DNA of 64,000 nt from an uncultured Solirubrobacterales bacterium (GTDB lineage Bacteria; Actinomycetota; Thermoleophilia; Solirubrobacterales; 70-9), in contig CAWKLZ010000010.1 in the NCBI GenBank assembly GCA_963850625.1, positions 16,598 through 80,597 on the forward strand. Direction: 5' to 3'. Below the pieces are notes generated by a model. It saw only the letters and a program-made list of their open reading frames with translations. It did no database searches and was not told the origin of the DNA. A program made the position numbers and the translations under genes. Each line of letters begins with the position of its first letter. The stretch's first letter is position 1. This document shows, piece by piece, positions 17,537 through 28,468 of this stretch.

Positions 17537-19795
17537 ATGAGCACCGTCCTGCACCACCGCACGTGCCCACTGTGCGAGGCGACCTGCGGGCTCGAGATCG
17601 AGCTCGAAGGCCGAGAGGTGAAGAAGGTCCGTGGCGACGCGGACGATGTCTTCAGCGCCGGCTTCATCTGCCCGAAGGGCGCCAGCCTCGGGGAGTTGCA
17701 CAGCGATCCGGACCGGCTCGAGCGGCCCCTCGTGCGCCGCGACGGCGAGCTCGTCGAGGCGAGCTGGGAGGAGGCCTTCGCGGCGATTGAGGAGGGCCTT
17801 GGGCCGATCCTCGCCGACGGCAACCGCGATGCGGTCGCCGCGTACGTCGGCAACCCGAACGCGCACACGCTCGATGGCGCGGTGCACCTGCGGGCGCTGC
17901 TCAAAGGGCTCGGCTCGCGCAACGTGTTCACGGCGTCCTCGGTCGACCAGATGCCGAAACAGGTCTCCTGCGGCTACATGTTCGGCGGCGGGCTCACCGT
18001 CCCGATTCCGGACCTCGATCGGACCTCCTACCTGCTCATCCTCGGCGCCAATCCGCTCGCCTCGAACGGCTCGCTGATGACCGTCCCCGACGCGCGCGGG
18101 CGCCTGCGGAAGATTCGGGAGCGCGGCGGCCGCGTCGTCGTCGTCGACCCGCGTCGCTCGCGCACCGCGGAGGTCGCTGACGAGCACCACTTCATCCGAC
18201 CCGGTCACGACGCGCACCTGCTTGCCGGGCTCGCTCACACGATCCTCGAAGAGGGCCTCGTCGACCCCGGGGAGCATCTGAGTGCCGTCACCAACGGGCT
18301 CGATCGGATCGGCGAGCACCTCGCCCCCTTCACGCCGGAGGCGGTCGCCCCCGCGTGCGGCATCGACGCCGAGACGATCCGCCGCATCGCGCGCGAGCTG
18401 GCAGCCGCCCCCGCCGCCGCCGTCTACGCGCGGATCGGAACGACGACGCAGACATACGGCACCCTCGCGAGCTGGCTCGTCGACGTGCTCAACGTGCTCA
18501 CCGGCAACCTCGATCGCGCGGGGGGCGCGATGTTCCCACTGGCCGCGGCGGGGCAGTCGAACTCCGCCGGCGAGGGCGGCCGCGGACGCGGGATCAAGTT
18601 CGGCCGCTACGCGAGCCGCGTTCGCGGGCTCGGCGAGAGCTTCGGCGAGCTGCCGGTCGCCTGTCTTGCGGAGGAGATCGAGACGCCGGGCGAGGGCCAG
18701 GTTCGGGCGCTGATCAACGTCGCGGGCAACCCCGCCGTCTCGACGCCGAACTCGACCCGGATGCGTGCCGCGCTCTCCTCGCTCGAGTTCATGGTCGCGG
18801 TCGACTGCTACGTGAACGAGACGTCGAGCCTCGCCGACGTGATCCTGCCCGTGCCGACGCCGCTCGAGCGCAGCCACTACGACCTCGCCTTCTACCAGCT
18901 CTCGGTCCGCAACGTGGCCAACTTCTCACCGCCGTCGGTGCCGATGCGGGAGGGCATGCAGGAGGAGTGGCAATCGCTGCTCAGGCTGCTGGCCATCGTC
19001 ACCGGTCAGGGCGCCGGCGCGGACGTCGACGCGATCGACGACTTCATCGCGCTCGAGGCTGCCCGGCGCGAGACGGTCACCGCCGGCTCCCCGGCGCACG
19101 GGATGGAGCCGGCCGACGTGCTCGCCCAGCTCGGCGAGCGCCGTGGCCCGGAGCGGATCGTTGACCTGCTGATCCGCTGCGGGCCTTACGGTGCCGGCCT
19201 CAACGGTGGCGGTGGCCGCGGCAGCGAGCGCGGCTTCGCGCTCAGCCTCGACGAGCTCGAGGGCGCGCCACATGGCATCGACCTCGGCCCGCTGCAGCCC
19301 CGCCTGCCCGACGCGCTGCGCACCGAAAGCGGCAAGGTCGAGCTCTGTCCCGAGCCGATCGTCGCCGATCTGGACCGGCTCTCTGCCTCGCTCGAGGGCC
19401 CGGCGCCAGAGATGGTCCTGATCGGGCGCCGCCACCTGCGCTCGAACAACTCGTGGCTGCACAACCTCCCCCATCTGGTCCGCGGTGCCGATCGCTGCAC
19501 GTTGCTCGTCGCCGACGCCGACGCCGAGCGCCTCGGCCTGAGCGACGGCGGCCAGGCCCGCGTCAGCTCAAGGACCGGGGAGGTTGAGGTGCCGGTCGAG
19601 GTGACCGACGCGATCATGCCCGGCGTCGTCTCGATCCCGCACGGCTGGGGCCACGACGAGCCTGACAACCGGATGGCCGTTGCAGCCGAGCATCACGGGG
19701 TCAACTCGAACGTCCTCGCCGATGAGGAGCTCGTCGACCCGCTCTCGGGCAACGCCGTCCTCAACGGCATCCCGGTCAGCGTCGCCGCCGCCTGA
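17537..19795 (+). CDS. molybdopterin (bis-MGD) oxidoreductase family protein
   Basis: N-terminal 4Fe-4S Cys cluster (HHRTCPLCEATCGLEI..CPKG). Size and overall similarity fit the formate dehydrogenase / BisC-type family. GAGGAGGAGAG lies before the ATG. Confidence 0.85.
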   Translation: MSTVLHHRTCPLCEATCGLEIELEGREVKKVRGDADDVFSAGFICPKGASLGELHSDPDRLERPLVRRDGELVEASWEEAFAAIEEGLGPILADGNRDAVAAYVGNPNAHTLDGAVHLRALLKGLGSRNVFTASSVDQMPKQVSCGYMFGGGLTVPIPDLDRTSYLLILGANPLASNGSLMTVPDARGRLRKIRERGGRVVVVDPRRSRTAEVADEHHFIRPGHDAHLLAGLAHTILEEGLVDPGEHLSAVTNGLDRIGEHLAPFTPEAVAPACGIDAETIRRIARELAAAPAAAVYARIGTTTQTYGTLASWLVDVLNVLTGNLDRAGGAMFPLAAAGQSNSAGEGGRGRGIKFGRYASRVRGLGESFGELPVACLAEEIETPGEGQVRALINVAGNPAVSTPNSTRMRAALSSLEFMVAVDCYVNETSSLADVILPVPTPLERSHYDLAFYQLSVRNVANFSPPSVPMREGMQEEWQSLLRLLAIVTGQGAGADVDAIDDFIALEAARRETVTAGSPAHGMEPADVLAQLGERRGPERIVDLLIRCGPYGAGLNGGGGRGSERGFALSLDELEGAPHGIDLGPLQPRLPDALRTESGKVELCPEPIVADLDRLSASLEGPAPEMVLIGRRHLRSNNSWLHNLPHLVRGADRCTLLVADADAERLGLSDGGQARVSSRTGEVEVPVEVTDAIMPGVVSIPHGWGHDEPDNRMAVAAEHHGVNSNVLADEELVDPLSGNAVLNGIPVSVAAA

Positions 19796-19814
19796 GCGGC
19801 GGAACTACGGCCCG

Positions 19815-21296
19815 CTAGCCGAGCTTGACCGTGTAGCCGACGCCGTCGTGGGTGTAGTGGCGCGAGTTGCCCTTGACCCGCCCATCCGCGTTGGCGACGA
19901 CCGCGGTGATCCGCGCGAACCGGCCGGCGTCCGGGAGTGCGACGCTCGCCTTGCCGCCGTGCGGCAGGTACTTGACCGTCTTGACGATCGTGCCGCTGCC
20001 CGGGGCACCGGTGCGGCCGACCAGCGCGATCCCCGAGCGGGTCTTAGAGCCGCCCTTGACGCGCAGCGTGATCGTCCCCGCGTGCGGGTGTACGTCGAAG
20101 AGCGCGTAGCCGGTGTGGTCGAGCTTCAGCTTGTGGGAGGCGGAAGCCAGCACGCCCGCCCGCTTGACGTCCGGGTAGTGGTCCGGGAAGAGCTTCGAGG
20201 AGTTCCACTCCGAAGTCTCGGCCGCGAAGTTGACGAAAGCCTGTGAGAAGCCCCCGCCGCCTGCCTTGCGGATCGCGCGGTCGTAGGAGGCGACGGCGAA
20301 GTCGACGGGCTTCACGTTTGGCGATGCCGCCCATGCATCGCGCACGACGGCCGCGCCGTAGCGGCCCGCCAGGTAGTGGTTCCAGACGGCTGAGCCGTAG
20401 AGCTTGAACGCCTTTTGCTCGGTCTCCGCGAGCGGCGTCACGGAGTTCCTCGCGAAGTCGGGGACGTAGTTGATGTAGTCGTCGACGTTCGGGAAGACGT
20501 TGTTCTCCATGAAGGTCGCCGTCGACTCGAACATCCACCCGTCCTCGAAGGTGTCGTAGCCGAACTGCAGGACGTGGTTGTACTCGTGCGCGAACGTGAC
20601 CTGCATGAGCTGGACGGGCACCCCGGAGAAGCCCTTGTAGTCGTTGTCGACGACCAGGTAGCCGGACTGGCGGACGCCCCGCTGGCCGGGGTCGGTGGTC
20701 GAGTAGCCGTACAGCCCGCGCGGCAGCCCCGTGATGTAGACGTCCGTTTGGCCGGAGCCGCCCTTGCCCTTGCGGGCGCCGCGGCTGCCGTCGCTGGGCG
20801 CCCTGCGCCAGTTCAGCTTGTCGTTCTCGACCGACCACGACTGGTCGGCGGCGGCAAGCACCTGCTCGACGTAGTCAGGGACGCCGTTGGCGTTGCCGTC
20901 GCCCTGAACCGGAGTAGCTGACGTCTTCGTCCCCCAGTGCACGCAGAAGTGGGTGTCGCAGAGCGGCGATGCCGTGGCCTCGGCGCCGAAGTTGTCGCGA
21001 TCGCTCTGCTCACTCGGCCGCTCGAGCAACTTGCGGGCCTGCCGTCGCTCCGCCGGGGGCAGCGCCTGCAGGTTGCGGGCGAGCGCGAGGAGGATCGGCG
21101 TCGCCTCGTGGCCGGACACGCCGGTCGCCGTCCCCGCCGAGAAGGCAGAGTGGCCGTTGAACAGAGCCTGCGCCTGCTGGAGCGCCCGCTGAGCGTCGCT
21201 GCGGTCGGACGCGGAGGCCGGGCCGGCGCCGAGAGCGGCGATCAGGCAGACGGCCAAGAAGGCAAGCAGGAGTCGATGTGGGCGGGTCACGGTCAC
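19815..21296 (-). CDS. secreted HExxH zinc metallopeptidase-like protein
   Basis: Signal peptide: LLLAFLAVCLIAALGAGPASA. Single HExxH motif in FAHEYNHVLQFGYD. Family not assigned. Confidence 0.6.
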   Translation of the reverse strand: MTVTRPHRLLLAFLAVCLIAALGAGPASASDRSDAQRALQQAQALFNGHSAFSAGTATGVSGHEATPILLALARNLQALPPAERRQARKLLERPSEQSDRDNFGAEATASPLCDTHFCVHWGTKTSATPVQGDGNANGVPDYVEQVLAAADQSWSVENDKLNWRRAPSDGSRGARKGKGGSGQTDVYITGLPRGLYGYSTTDPGQRGVRQSGYLVVDNDYKGFSGVPVQLMQVTFAHEYNHVLQFGYDTFEDGWMFESTATFMENNVFPNVDDYINYVPDFARNSVTPLAETEQKAFKLYGSAVWNHYLAGRYGAAVVRDAWAASPNVKPVDFAVASYDRAIRKAGGGGFSQAFVNFAAETSEWNSSKLFPDHYPDVKRAGVLASASHKLKLDHTGYALFDVHPHAGTITLRVKGGSKTRSGIALVGRTGAPGSGTIVKTVKYLPHGGKASVALPDAGRFARITAVVANADGRVKGNSRHYTHDGVGYTVKLG

Positions 21297-21407
21297 GGGT
21301 CCCCCGAGGCTGGAAAAGGGTGCAGGGCAGAGATCAGAACCCCGAAACCAGCGTAATGATGCGGTCCGCGCGTTGCCCGCTTCGAGGGGTTGCTCCAGCC
21401 GTGGAGG

Positions 21408-21860
21408 CTACTCGTCGCCCCGCCGGAACGGCCGGACCGCGATCGTCACCCGCGAGACCGCACAGAGCTTGTCGTCGTCGTCGCGCATCTCGACCTCCCA
21501 CACCCACGTCGTGCTGCCTCGGTGCTTGGCCCGGGCGTCGGCGTGGACGGTGCCCGCAAACACGGGCCGCAGGAACGAAGTGTCGTTCGTCTGCCCGAAG
21601 GCGACGTTGTCGGGGCCTACGGTCTCGTAGGTCGCGCGCGACGTCACCGACTCGGCCAGCGCCGCATAGGCGCCGCCGTGGACGATCCCGTAGGGCTGCA
21701 GCACGCGGGGCGAGACGCGCAGTTGCATCGAGGCCTCATCGATCGCGAGATGCTCGTACTCGCTGAAGCCGAGCGTGTCGCCGAGGCCGTCGGCTCCGTC
21801 CTCGCGCTCTTCGGCGCCTTGCTCCTCGGTGTCGCCGAGCGGATCTGTGCTGTCGTCCAT
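21408..21860 (-). CDS. PaaI/4HBT hotdog-fold thioesterase
   Basis: ATG at 21860. PYGIVHGGAYAALAES plus a C-terminal beta-sheet segment are typical of PaaI thioesterases. The track ORF 21408-23945 joins it artificially to the upstream gene. Confidence 0.8.
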   Translation of the reverse strand: MDDSTDPLGDTEEQGAEEREDGADGLGDTLGFSEYEHLAIDEASMQLRVSPRVLQPYGIVHGGAYAALAESVTSRATYETVGPDNVAFGQTNDTSFLRPVFAGTVHADARAKHRGSTTWVWEVEMRDDDDKLCAVSRVTIAVRPFRRGDE

Positions 21861-21868
21861 CGGGGGGA

Positions 21869-23897
21869 TTAAATCGCGAGCCGGGCCGCGGCGGGTGCGA
21901 GGATCAGCCGGGTAAGGATCAGGTCGGCGAGCAGGCCGGCCGCGAGGCCGAGTCCGATCTCCTGGGCGGGCAGCAGGTCGGCCCGGATCCAGGCGACCGA
22001 GAGCGCGAACCCGACGATGCGTCGCGGACACAGCGGGCTGCAGTGTGAGCAGCCCCGCGCGCGCCAGCGACCCGGCCGCGCCGCCGCCGAGCATCCGCTC
22101 CTCGCGCAGCGCGGTCGCCATCTGCGCGCCCCGGGCGAGCCCGATCGCGAGGAGCACGGCGCCGACGACGAGATAGGACTGCAGGTGCACGCCCCCCGTC
22201 GCCGCGTAGCCGAGCGTCCCGGTCATCCGGCCGAGGCCGAAGACGCCGATCATCGCCGCGATCCCGGCGAGTGGAGCGATCGCCGCGCAGAGGGCGAGCA
22301 GCGGGCCGAAGCCGGAACGGAAGATCAGGCTCCAGAGGGCCGCCGTGCCGAGCAGGGCGACGAGTAGTGCGAGCGGTCCGTCCTTCGAGACGCGGTCGGC
22401 GGCGTCGCTCAAGCTCGCGGTGAGACCGCCGATCATCCGCGGCGAGGGTGATCCAACGGCTGCGAGCTGATCGAGCGCGGTCCGCGCGGCCAGCGACGGC
22501 GGGGGATCGGCTGGTTCGACCTGGAAGCTGGCGAGATCGCCGACCGTGGTCGCGAGCCCGACCGAGGCGACGCCCTCGACCTTCGACGCCTCATCGCGGT
22601 AGATCGTCACGGTCGGCGCCTCCGCCGGGCCATCGGTGACGAGGAGGAAGGGCGAGCTCGCCCCCGGCCCGAGCGCGCCTGCGAGCGCGGCCTCGGCGAT
22701 CGCCGCGCTCTCGTCGGCCGGCAGTTCGCTGCCCGAGAGGCCGACCGCCGCGGCGTTGTCGCGCAGCGGCAGGCAGAGGGCCGCGATGATCAACAGAGGC
22801 ACGACGGCGACGAGCCCCCGCGAGCGTCCGCGCCCAAGGGCGAAGAGCCAGCGGAAGGCGAGCGAGCCCCCCTCGGGCTTGTCGTCGTCGGAGACGAGGG
22901 GCAGCGCGGTGCCGACCTCGGAGCCGGCGCGGGCGGCCAGCGTCGCCGCCATCGGCAGCAGCGCGAGCGGCGGTGCGACGAGTGCGGCCGCGAGCACGCC
23001 GGCGCCGATCGAGCGCGCCCAGTCGAGCGGTATGACGAGCAGGGCGCCGCCGATCAGAGCCGCCGAGAAGGCCGCGATTGCGATCCCCTTGAGGACGATG
23101 TGCAGCGAGTATTCGAGCGCCTCGGCGCCGCCCCCGAGGGTCGCCGCCTCCTCCCGGTAGCGGTGCAGCAGGGCTGTGCCGGACTCGACGGCCAGGACCG
23201 CTGCGAGGAAGCCGGCGACCGGCACGGCGATCGCCTCGAGGGAGGCGAACAGGTCGACGAACGCGAGCAGACAGATCGCCGCCGCCGCCGCGAGCAACCC
23301 GCCGAGCAGGGCGGTGAGCGCCGCCCGTAAGCCGAGCGTGCCGGCGAGGACGAGCAGCAGAAGTGGGACGACGATCAGCAGCAGGGCGGGCGCCTGGTCG
23401 AGGGCGGCGCTCCGCGCGCCCTCGGCGACGGCGACGCCGCCGGCAACCTGCAGGCGGAGGGTCCCCGGGTCGAGGGACCCCCCGAGCTCGTCGCCGACGT
23501 CGAGAATCCGGCTCTCCGCGAGCCCCGGCTCGAGGTGGACCGCCAGCGTCGTTGCCTGGGATCCCGGACCGGGCGCCGACTCGGTCACCGCGGCGACTCC
23601 GTCGATCGACTGGATCTCGGAGCGCACCGTGCGGATCGCAACCGCGCTGCTCGCCGAGTTGATCGGCTCGTTGCCCTCGAGCAGAACCCTGTAGGCCGGC
23701 TCGGCTTCGTAGCCGAGTGCGCTGGTCAGGACGGAGTCGACGCGAGCGCTCTCGGAGCCGGAGGGCGCGGCGCCGCCCAGCTCGAGCATCCCGGGAACCT
23801 TGCCCGCGAGCAGGACGAGCAACACCGCCGCGATCGCGCTGGCGGTGAGGATGGCGCGCGGAGAACGCGACGCCAGCGATGCAATCCGGCTCGCCAC
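21869..23897 (-). CDS. MMPL/RND-superfamily membrane transporter (one apparent frameshift near 22025)
   Basis: Multiple TM blocks and large loops typical of MMPL proteins. The true C-terminus (RIVGFALSVAWIRADLLPAQEIGLGLAAGLLADLILTRLILAPAAARLAI-TAA) is in another frame and stops at 21869-21871. The start may be GTG 23897 or the track start 23945. Confidence 0.7.
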
Positions 23898-23959
23898 GGG
23901 CCCGCAAAGATAGATGCCCGGCGCGACCGACACCCCCGAGTCCATAGAGTTCCCGGTTC

Positions 23960-25051
23960 ATGGCACTGAAGCAGGACGATCGCGCGCTCTTGCAGCTGGT
24001 TTGCGAGCGCGGGCAGAGCTACGCGGATCTCGCGGGTCTGCTCGGCATCAGCGAGGACGAGGTACGGGCCAAGGCGCGGGCCGCGCTGACCGAGCTGGGC
24101 GGCGCCGATCCCGATGCCGAGGTCGGGCTCACCGACTACCTGCTCGGGCAGGCTGATCCGATCGGGCGCGCCGATGCAGTGCGCTACCTGCAGGACGACG
24201 CCGAGGCGCGCGAGCTCGCAACGACGATCTCGACGAAGCTGCAGGCGCTCGCACCGAGCGCTGCCTTACCGTCCGTCCCGGAGCCCCGCGGTCGCCGTCG
24301 CAAGCCTGCGGCCGCGGCCGCGAGCGCCCCCGCCGCGGACGCGCCGGCCGTGGCCGGGCCCGCGCAGCCCGCCTCCGCCCCGGCCGCTGAGCGGGCGGTC
24401 TCGCTGAGTCAGCACCAGACCCGCCTGCTCGTCGGCATCGCTGCCGCCGGCCTGATCCTCGTTTTCGCCATCCTCGCCATCGTCGGCGTTTTCGGTGGCG
24501 GCAGCTCGGACAACTCCGGCACCTCCGCCGACGCCACGGCGGCCGAGGCGCAACGAAACATCACGCCGGTCAAACTTTCCCCCGTCGGCAACAGCGGCGT
24601 CGCCGGCCGCGCCAACTTCGGCCTCACCAACGACCAGCTCGTCGTCGACCTGAAGCTCGTCCGGCCTCGATCCGAAGCCGCCGAAGGGCGACGTCTACGT
24701 GATCTGGCTGATGCTCAACGACAAGCTCGGCTATCCGGTCAACCAGCTGCAGCCCGACGCCAACGGCAGCGTGAGCTCGAGCACCCCCGTGCCGACTCCC
24801 GTGGCGGTTGCCGTCGGAGGCAACGCCCAGTCTGTACTCGTCACGAGGACACCGGCGAAGCAGCTCAGCGCCGACATCAAGAAGGCTGTCAAGGCCTCGG
24901 TGCCCGTCCTGCAAGCCTCCGGCAATCCCTCGCCACGGGCGACATCCCGCTCGCCAAGGGCGGCTCGGGCTCGGCACTCGGTAGTGGCTCCGCCGGCGCC
25001 TCGACGACGACGCCGACTACGACTACGCCGACTACGACGCCCGGCGGCTGA
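23960..25051 (+). CDS. single-pass membrane protein with N-terminal sigma-70 region-4-like HTH (anti-sigma-like); two compensating apparent frameshifts
   Basis: N-terminus: LLQLVCERGQSYADLAGLLGISEDEVRAKARAAL. TM helix: LLVGIAAAGLILVFAILAIVGVF. Between ~24668 and ~24925 the protein-like reading (SGLDPKPPKGDVYVIWLMLNDKLGYPVNQL...VPVLQASG) is in a different frame from both flanks. Confidence 0.55.
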   Translation: MALKQDDRALLQLVCERGQSYADLAGLLGISEDEVRAKARAALTELGGADPDAEVGLTDYLLGQADPIGRADAVRYLQDDAEARELATTISTKLQALAPSAALPSVPEPRGRRRKPAAAAASAPAADAPAVAGPAQPASAPAAERAVSLSQHQTRLLVGIAAAGLILVFAILAIVGVFGGGSSDNSGTSADATAAEAQRNITPVKLSPVGNSGVAGRANFGLTNDQLVVDLKLVRPRSEAAEGRRLRDLADAQRQARLSGQPAAARRQRQRELEHPRADSRGGCRRRQRPVCTRHEDTGEAAQRRHQEGCQGLGARPASLRQSLATGDIPLAKGGSGSALGSGSAGASTTTPTTTTPTTTPGG

Positions 25052-25064
25052 GCCGCCGCCCGGC

Positions 25065-26701
25065 TCAGCTCGGCAGCAGCTTGCCGGGGTTCATGACCCC
25101 GGCCGGATCGAGCCGTTCCTTGACCGCGCGCAGCGCCTCGAGGCCGAGCCTGCCGACCTCCGCCTCCATGTACGGCGCGTGGTCGGTGCCGACGGCGTGA
25201 TGGTGGGTGATCGTGCCCGCGGTCGCGACGATCGCCTCGCAGGCCGCCGTCTTCACCCGCCGCCATTGGCCGATCGGGTCGTCGCCGTCGCGGGCGCAGA
25301 GGAAGGTGAAGTACAGCGAGGCGCCGTCGCGGTAGACGTGTGAGACGTGGCACATGACGATCCCGGGATGGCCGCCTGCTGTCATCGCCTTGGCCAGCGC
25401 CGTGCCGACGGCCTCGTAGAGCTCGCCGAGCCGCGTGTAGGTGTGCGAAGTCTCGAGCGTCTCGACCATCACGCCCTCGTCCATGAGCAGGTCGCGCAGG
25501 TATGGCCCCTCGTAGCGGCCGTGCTCCCAGGCATCGCCCGGGCGAGCGCCCGAGCGGCACGGCGCCACCCGCGCGCAGGAGCGCCGCCGAGAGCTCGCGC
25601 CGCCGAGCGACCGACTCGCGCTCGCCTTCCCAGCCGGCGATCACCATGCACCCCTCCTCCCTGCCTCGCAGCCTCAGGTAGCCCTCGAAGGCGCTGCGCT
25701 TGAGGCCGTCGAGCCCGGACATGGCCAGCGAGATCCTGGTCTCGGAGCGATCGGAGAGGCGGAAGACGTCGGGCAGGGCGCCGCCTTGAGCGAGGTTGCG
25801 GGCGAGCTCGACACCTGCCTCGAAGCTCGCCGCGAACCAGCCCTCGTAACGGCGCTCGACGGGCTTGGGGCGGATCCTGACCGTGACGTCGGTGATGACG
25901 CCGAGGGTTCCCTCCGATCCGAGCACCAGCTCGCGCAGCGACGGCCCGGCAGCCGTGTGGGGCGTCGCCAGCGTCGCCAGTGGTCCGCTCGGCGTCTGCA
26001 TCTCGAGCGCGGTGACGAGCTCGTCGAAGCGGCCGTAGCCGCTCGATGCCTGCCCCGCGGAGCGCGTCGCGGCGAACCCGCCAATCGTCGCGTACTTGAA
26101 CGACTGCGGGAAATGGCCGAGGGTGAACCCGGCGGCGTTCAAAGCCGCCTCGGCCTCGGGACCGCGCAGTCCCGGCCCGAGCCGGGCGGTGAGCGAGCGC
26201 GCGTCAATGGAGACGTCCCGTAAGCCGGTGAGGTCGAGCGAGACGACCGCGACCGAGTCCTCGGCGCCGATCGGCTCCACGCCGCCGACGACGCTTGAGC
26301 CGCCGCCGAAGGGGACCACGGCAACGCGCTCGGCTGCACACGCCGCCAGGGTCGCCGCGACTGCAGCGGCGCTCGGTGGGGCGAGCACGGCGTCCGGGGC
26401 GGCTTGCAGGGCGCCTGAACGGACCCGAACGAGATCCGGATAACTCTTTCCCGCCGCGTGCCGCACCCGGTCCTCTGCGTCGGTGCTGACCGCCTCCTCC
26501 CCGCCGGCGGCGCTCAGGACGCGGCCGGGGACCGGCCGTGCGGTCGGCAACGAGAAGCCGTCGAGCTGAGCTGCGCGGCGCCGGCTCGCCCGCGCCGAGC
26601 TCAGCCGCCACCAGCTCCCGGGCGGCCCCCGGCAGCTCGGGCCGCCCCTCGCTGCGACCCCAGCCCCACCAGGCGTTGTCGCGGCGCAGAGCGGCGCTCA
26701 C
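25065..26701 (-). CDS. FAD-linked oxidase, alkyl-DHAP-synthase-like (two apparent frameshifts near 26555 and 25565)
   Basis: N-terminus: VSAALRRDNAWWGWG. FAD-binding PCMH domain: VVPFGGGSSVVGG. C-terminal FAD-oxidase_C segment: ...HHHAVGTDHAPYM..MNPGKLL. The pieces lie in three frames. The GTG start overlaps the upstream stop (GTGA at 26698-26701). Confidence 0.8.
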
Positions 26702-27177
26702 GCGGCGGCCTCCTCCCCGCCGGCCACGAGCGCGCGCTCGATGCCGTCGAGCGCCGCGTCCAACGAGCGCTTGGTCGCGCCCTTCATCATCGGCGAGCCG
26801 AGCCGCGAGACGCCGCGCAGGCTGCGCCGCGCCTCGATCGTGATCCGGCTGCTCTCCGCGTCCTCCGCGTCGAGCCGCATCTCGAGCGCCGCCGAGCGCA
26901 GGAACTTCTCGAACGGTGTGCCCTCGATCCGCTGCTCCCAGACGAGCCGCTCGCCCTGGGTCGAGTTGACGATCCGGTAGTCGGCGCGCACGGCCTTGCC
27001 GCGGGTCGACTCGAAGACCTGGGTGAAGCGGCTGCGCAGGGCCCCCGGCGCCCCCTCGACCGACTCGACCCGGACCGTCTCCGGCCACCAGCGGGGAAGG
27101 TTGTGCGGGTCGGCGACGAGCCGCCATGCGCGGCTCGCTGCCACGGGCAGCGATCTCGATCTGACGACTGTGGGCAT
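26698..27177 (-). CDS. SRPBCC (START/polyketide-cyclase-like) family protein
   Basis: ATG at 27177. The sequence MPTVVRSRSLPVAASRAWRLVADPHNLPRWWP... is typical of the SRPBCC fold. Confidence 0.75.
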   Translation of the reverse strand: MPTVVRSRSLPVAASRAWRLVADPHNLPRWWPETVRVESVEGAPGALRSRFTQVFESTRGKAVRADYRIVNSTQGERLVWEQRIEGTPFEKFLRSAALEMRLDAEDAESSRITIEARRSLRGVSRLGSPMMKGATKRSLDAALDGIERALVAGGEEAAA

Positions 27178-27205
27178 CGGCTCCGCGGGCGGCTCCGCTG
27201 CGCCC

Positions 27206-27976
27206 TCAGCGCAGGCGTCGCAGGTCCCTGACGAGCAGCAGGTGCTTGAGCTCGGTGCACGTCGCAGCCAGGCCCTCGAGGCTCTCAACGGCCTCCTCAC
27301 GGCGCGCCTGGCTTCGGGAGCGCAGCGACGGACCGAGGATCTGCTCGATCAGCGCCGCCTCGCGGTCGGCTGCCGAGCGGAAGACGCGGAGGTTGCGGCC
27401 GTGGACGCCGAACTTCGCGAGCTCGGTGGCCGCGCGGACGATCGCCAGGTCGGTCTCGTTGAAGAAGACGTCCCCGTGCTCCTGGCGGGGCTGCACGATC
27501 CCGAACTCCTCGAGCTCGCGGATCAGGTCGACGGAGGCGCCCGTCTGCTCGAGCAGCTCGTCCTGGTTGATCGACTCGCTTGACTCCTCGATCGCAAGCG
27601 CCCGGCGCTGCGAGGCGCCCTGCGTCTGCGAGGTGCGAGCGCCGATCTTGCCGGCGGCGAGCTCCTGGCGGATCACCTTGAGCGGCAGGAACTCGTCCCG
27701 CTGCATGCGCAGGATCGCCCGCAGCTGCTCGACGTCAGCCTGGCTGTAGAGGCGGTAGCCGCCGCGCGTCCGCCGCGGCGAGAGCAGCTTCTGGTCCTCG
27801 AGGTAACGGATCTTCGAGATCGAGATGTCCTCGAACTCCTGGCGGAGGATCTTGCAGACGGCGCCGATCGTCAGCGCCTTGCGCGGGCGCGAGGGCGAGT
27901 CGCCGTTGGCGGGCGTCCCCGTTGGTGGCGCCGTCGGGTTGCGGGTCGGGGCGCTCGTCTGTTCGGCAGCGGCCAT
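27206..27976 (-). CDS. MerR-family transcriptional regulator (FtsR-like, paired with the FHA protein)
   Basis: MerR HTH: LTIGAVCKILRQEFEDISISKIRYLEDQKLLSPRRTRGGYRLYSQADVEQL. A second MerR-like repeat is C-terminal. ATG at 27976. Confidence 0.8.
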   Translation of the reverse strand: MAAAEQTSAPTRNPTAPPTGTPANGDSPSRPRKALTIGAVCKILRQEFEDISISKIRYLEDQKLLSPRRTRGGYRLYSQADVEQLRAILRMQRDEFLPLKVIRQELAAGKIGARTSQTQGASQRRALAIEESSESINQDELLEQTGASVDLIRELEEFGIVQPRQEHGDVFFNETDLAIVRAATELAKFGVHGRNLRVFRSAADREAALIEQILGPSLRSRSQARREEAVESLEGLAATCTELKHLLLVRDLRRLR

Positions 27977-27981
27977 CAGCC

Positions 27982-28452
27982 TCACCGCTCCAGGAAACTG
28001 AGCTTGAACTTGCCGATCTGGATCTCGTCTCCGTCGGCGAGCAGGTGCGACTCGATCCGCTTGCGGTTCACGTAGGTCCCGTTGAGCGAGCCGAGGTCGT
28101 CGATGTAGAGCCCCTCGCGCCGGCGCACGAGCAGCGCGTGGTTGCGGGAGACGGTGACGTCGTCGAGGAAGATCGGCGCGTCGGGCGTGCGGCCGATGCT
28201 CATCCGCTCGTGGTTGACCGGGAAGCTCTCGCCGGAGCGGCCGCCGCCGCTGCGGATGACGAGCGCGGCGCCTTCCTCCTCGACCATCTCCTCGATGTCG
28301 ACGCGCTCGAAGTCCCCGGTCTCGTCGATCGTGTAGGTCAGCGTCGTCGGCTCGTCCTTGCCCTCCGGCCGGGCGAGGTACGCACCGCACTTCTGGCAGT
28401 AGTTCGCGCCTTCGGCATTGACGAAGCCGCACTCGTGACAATGGAGGGCCAC
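27982..28452 (-). CDS. zinc-ribbon plus FHA domain protein (GarA/OdhI-like position)
   Basis: N-terminal zinc ribbon: CHECGFVNAEGANYCQKCG. C-terminal FHA: SIGR..DAPIFLDDVTVSRNHALL...DLGSLNGTYVN. GTG start with GGAAGGGGAG upstream. Confidence 0.85.
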   Translation of the reverse strand: MALHCHECGFVNAEGANYCQKCGAYLARPEGKDEPTTLTYTIDETGDFERVDIEEMVEEEGAALVIRSGGGRSGESFPVNHERMSIGRTPDAPIFLDDVTVSRNHALLVRRREGLYIDDLGSLNGTYVNRKRIESHLLADGDEIQIGKFKLSFLER

Positions 28453-28468
28453 AGCTCCCCTTCCCGCT

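Noticed and set aside
21408-23945. 845-aa track ORF read as an MMPL-thioesterase fusion
   Set aside because: The MMPL C-terminus is in a different frame and stops at TAA 21869-21871. The thioesterase has its own ATG at 21860.
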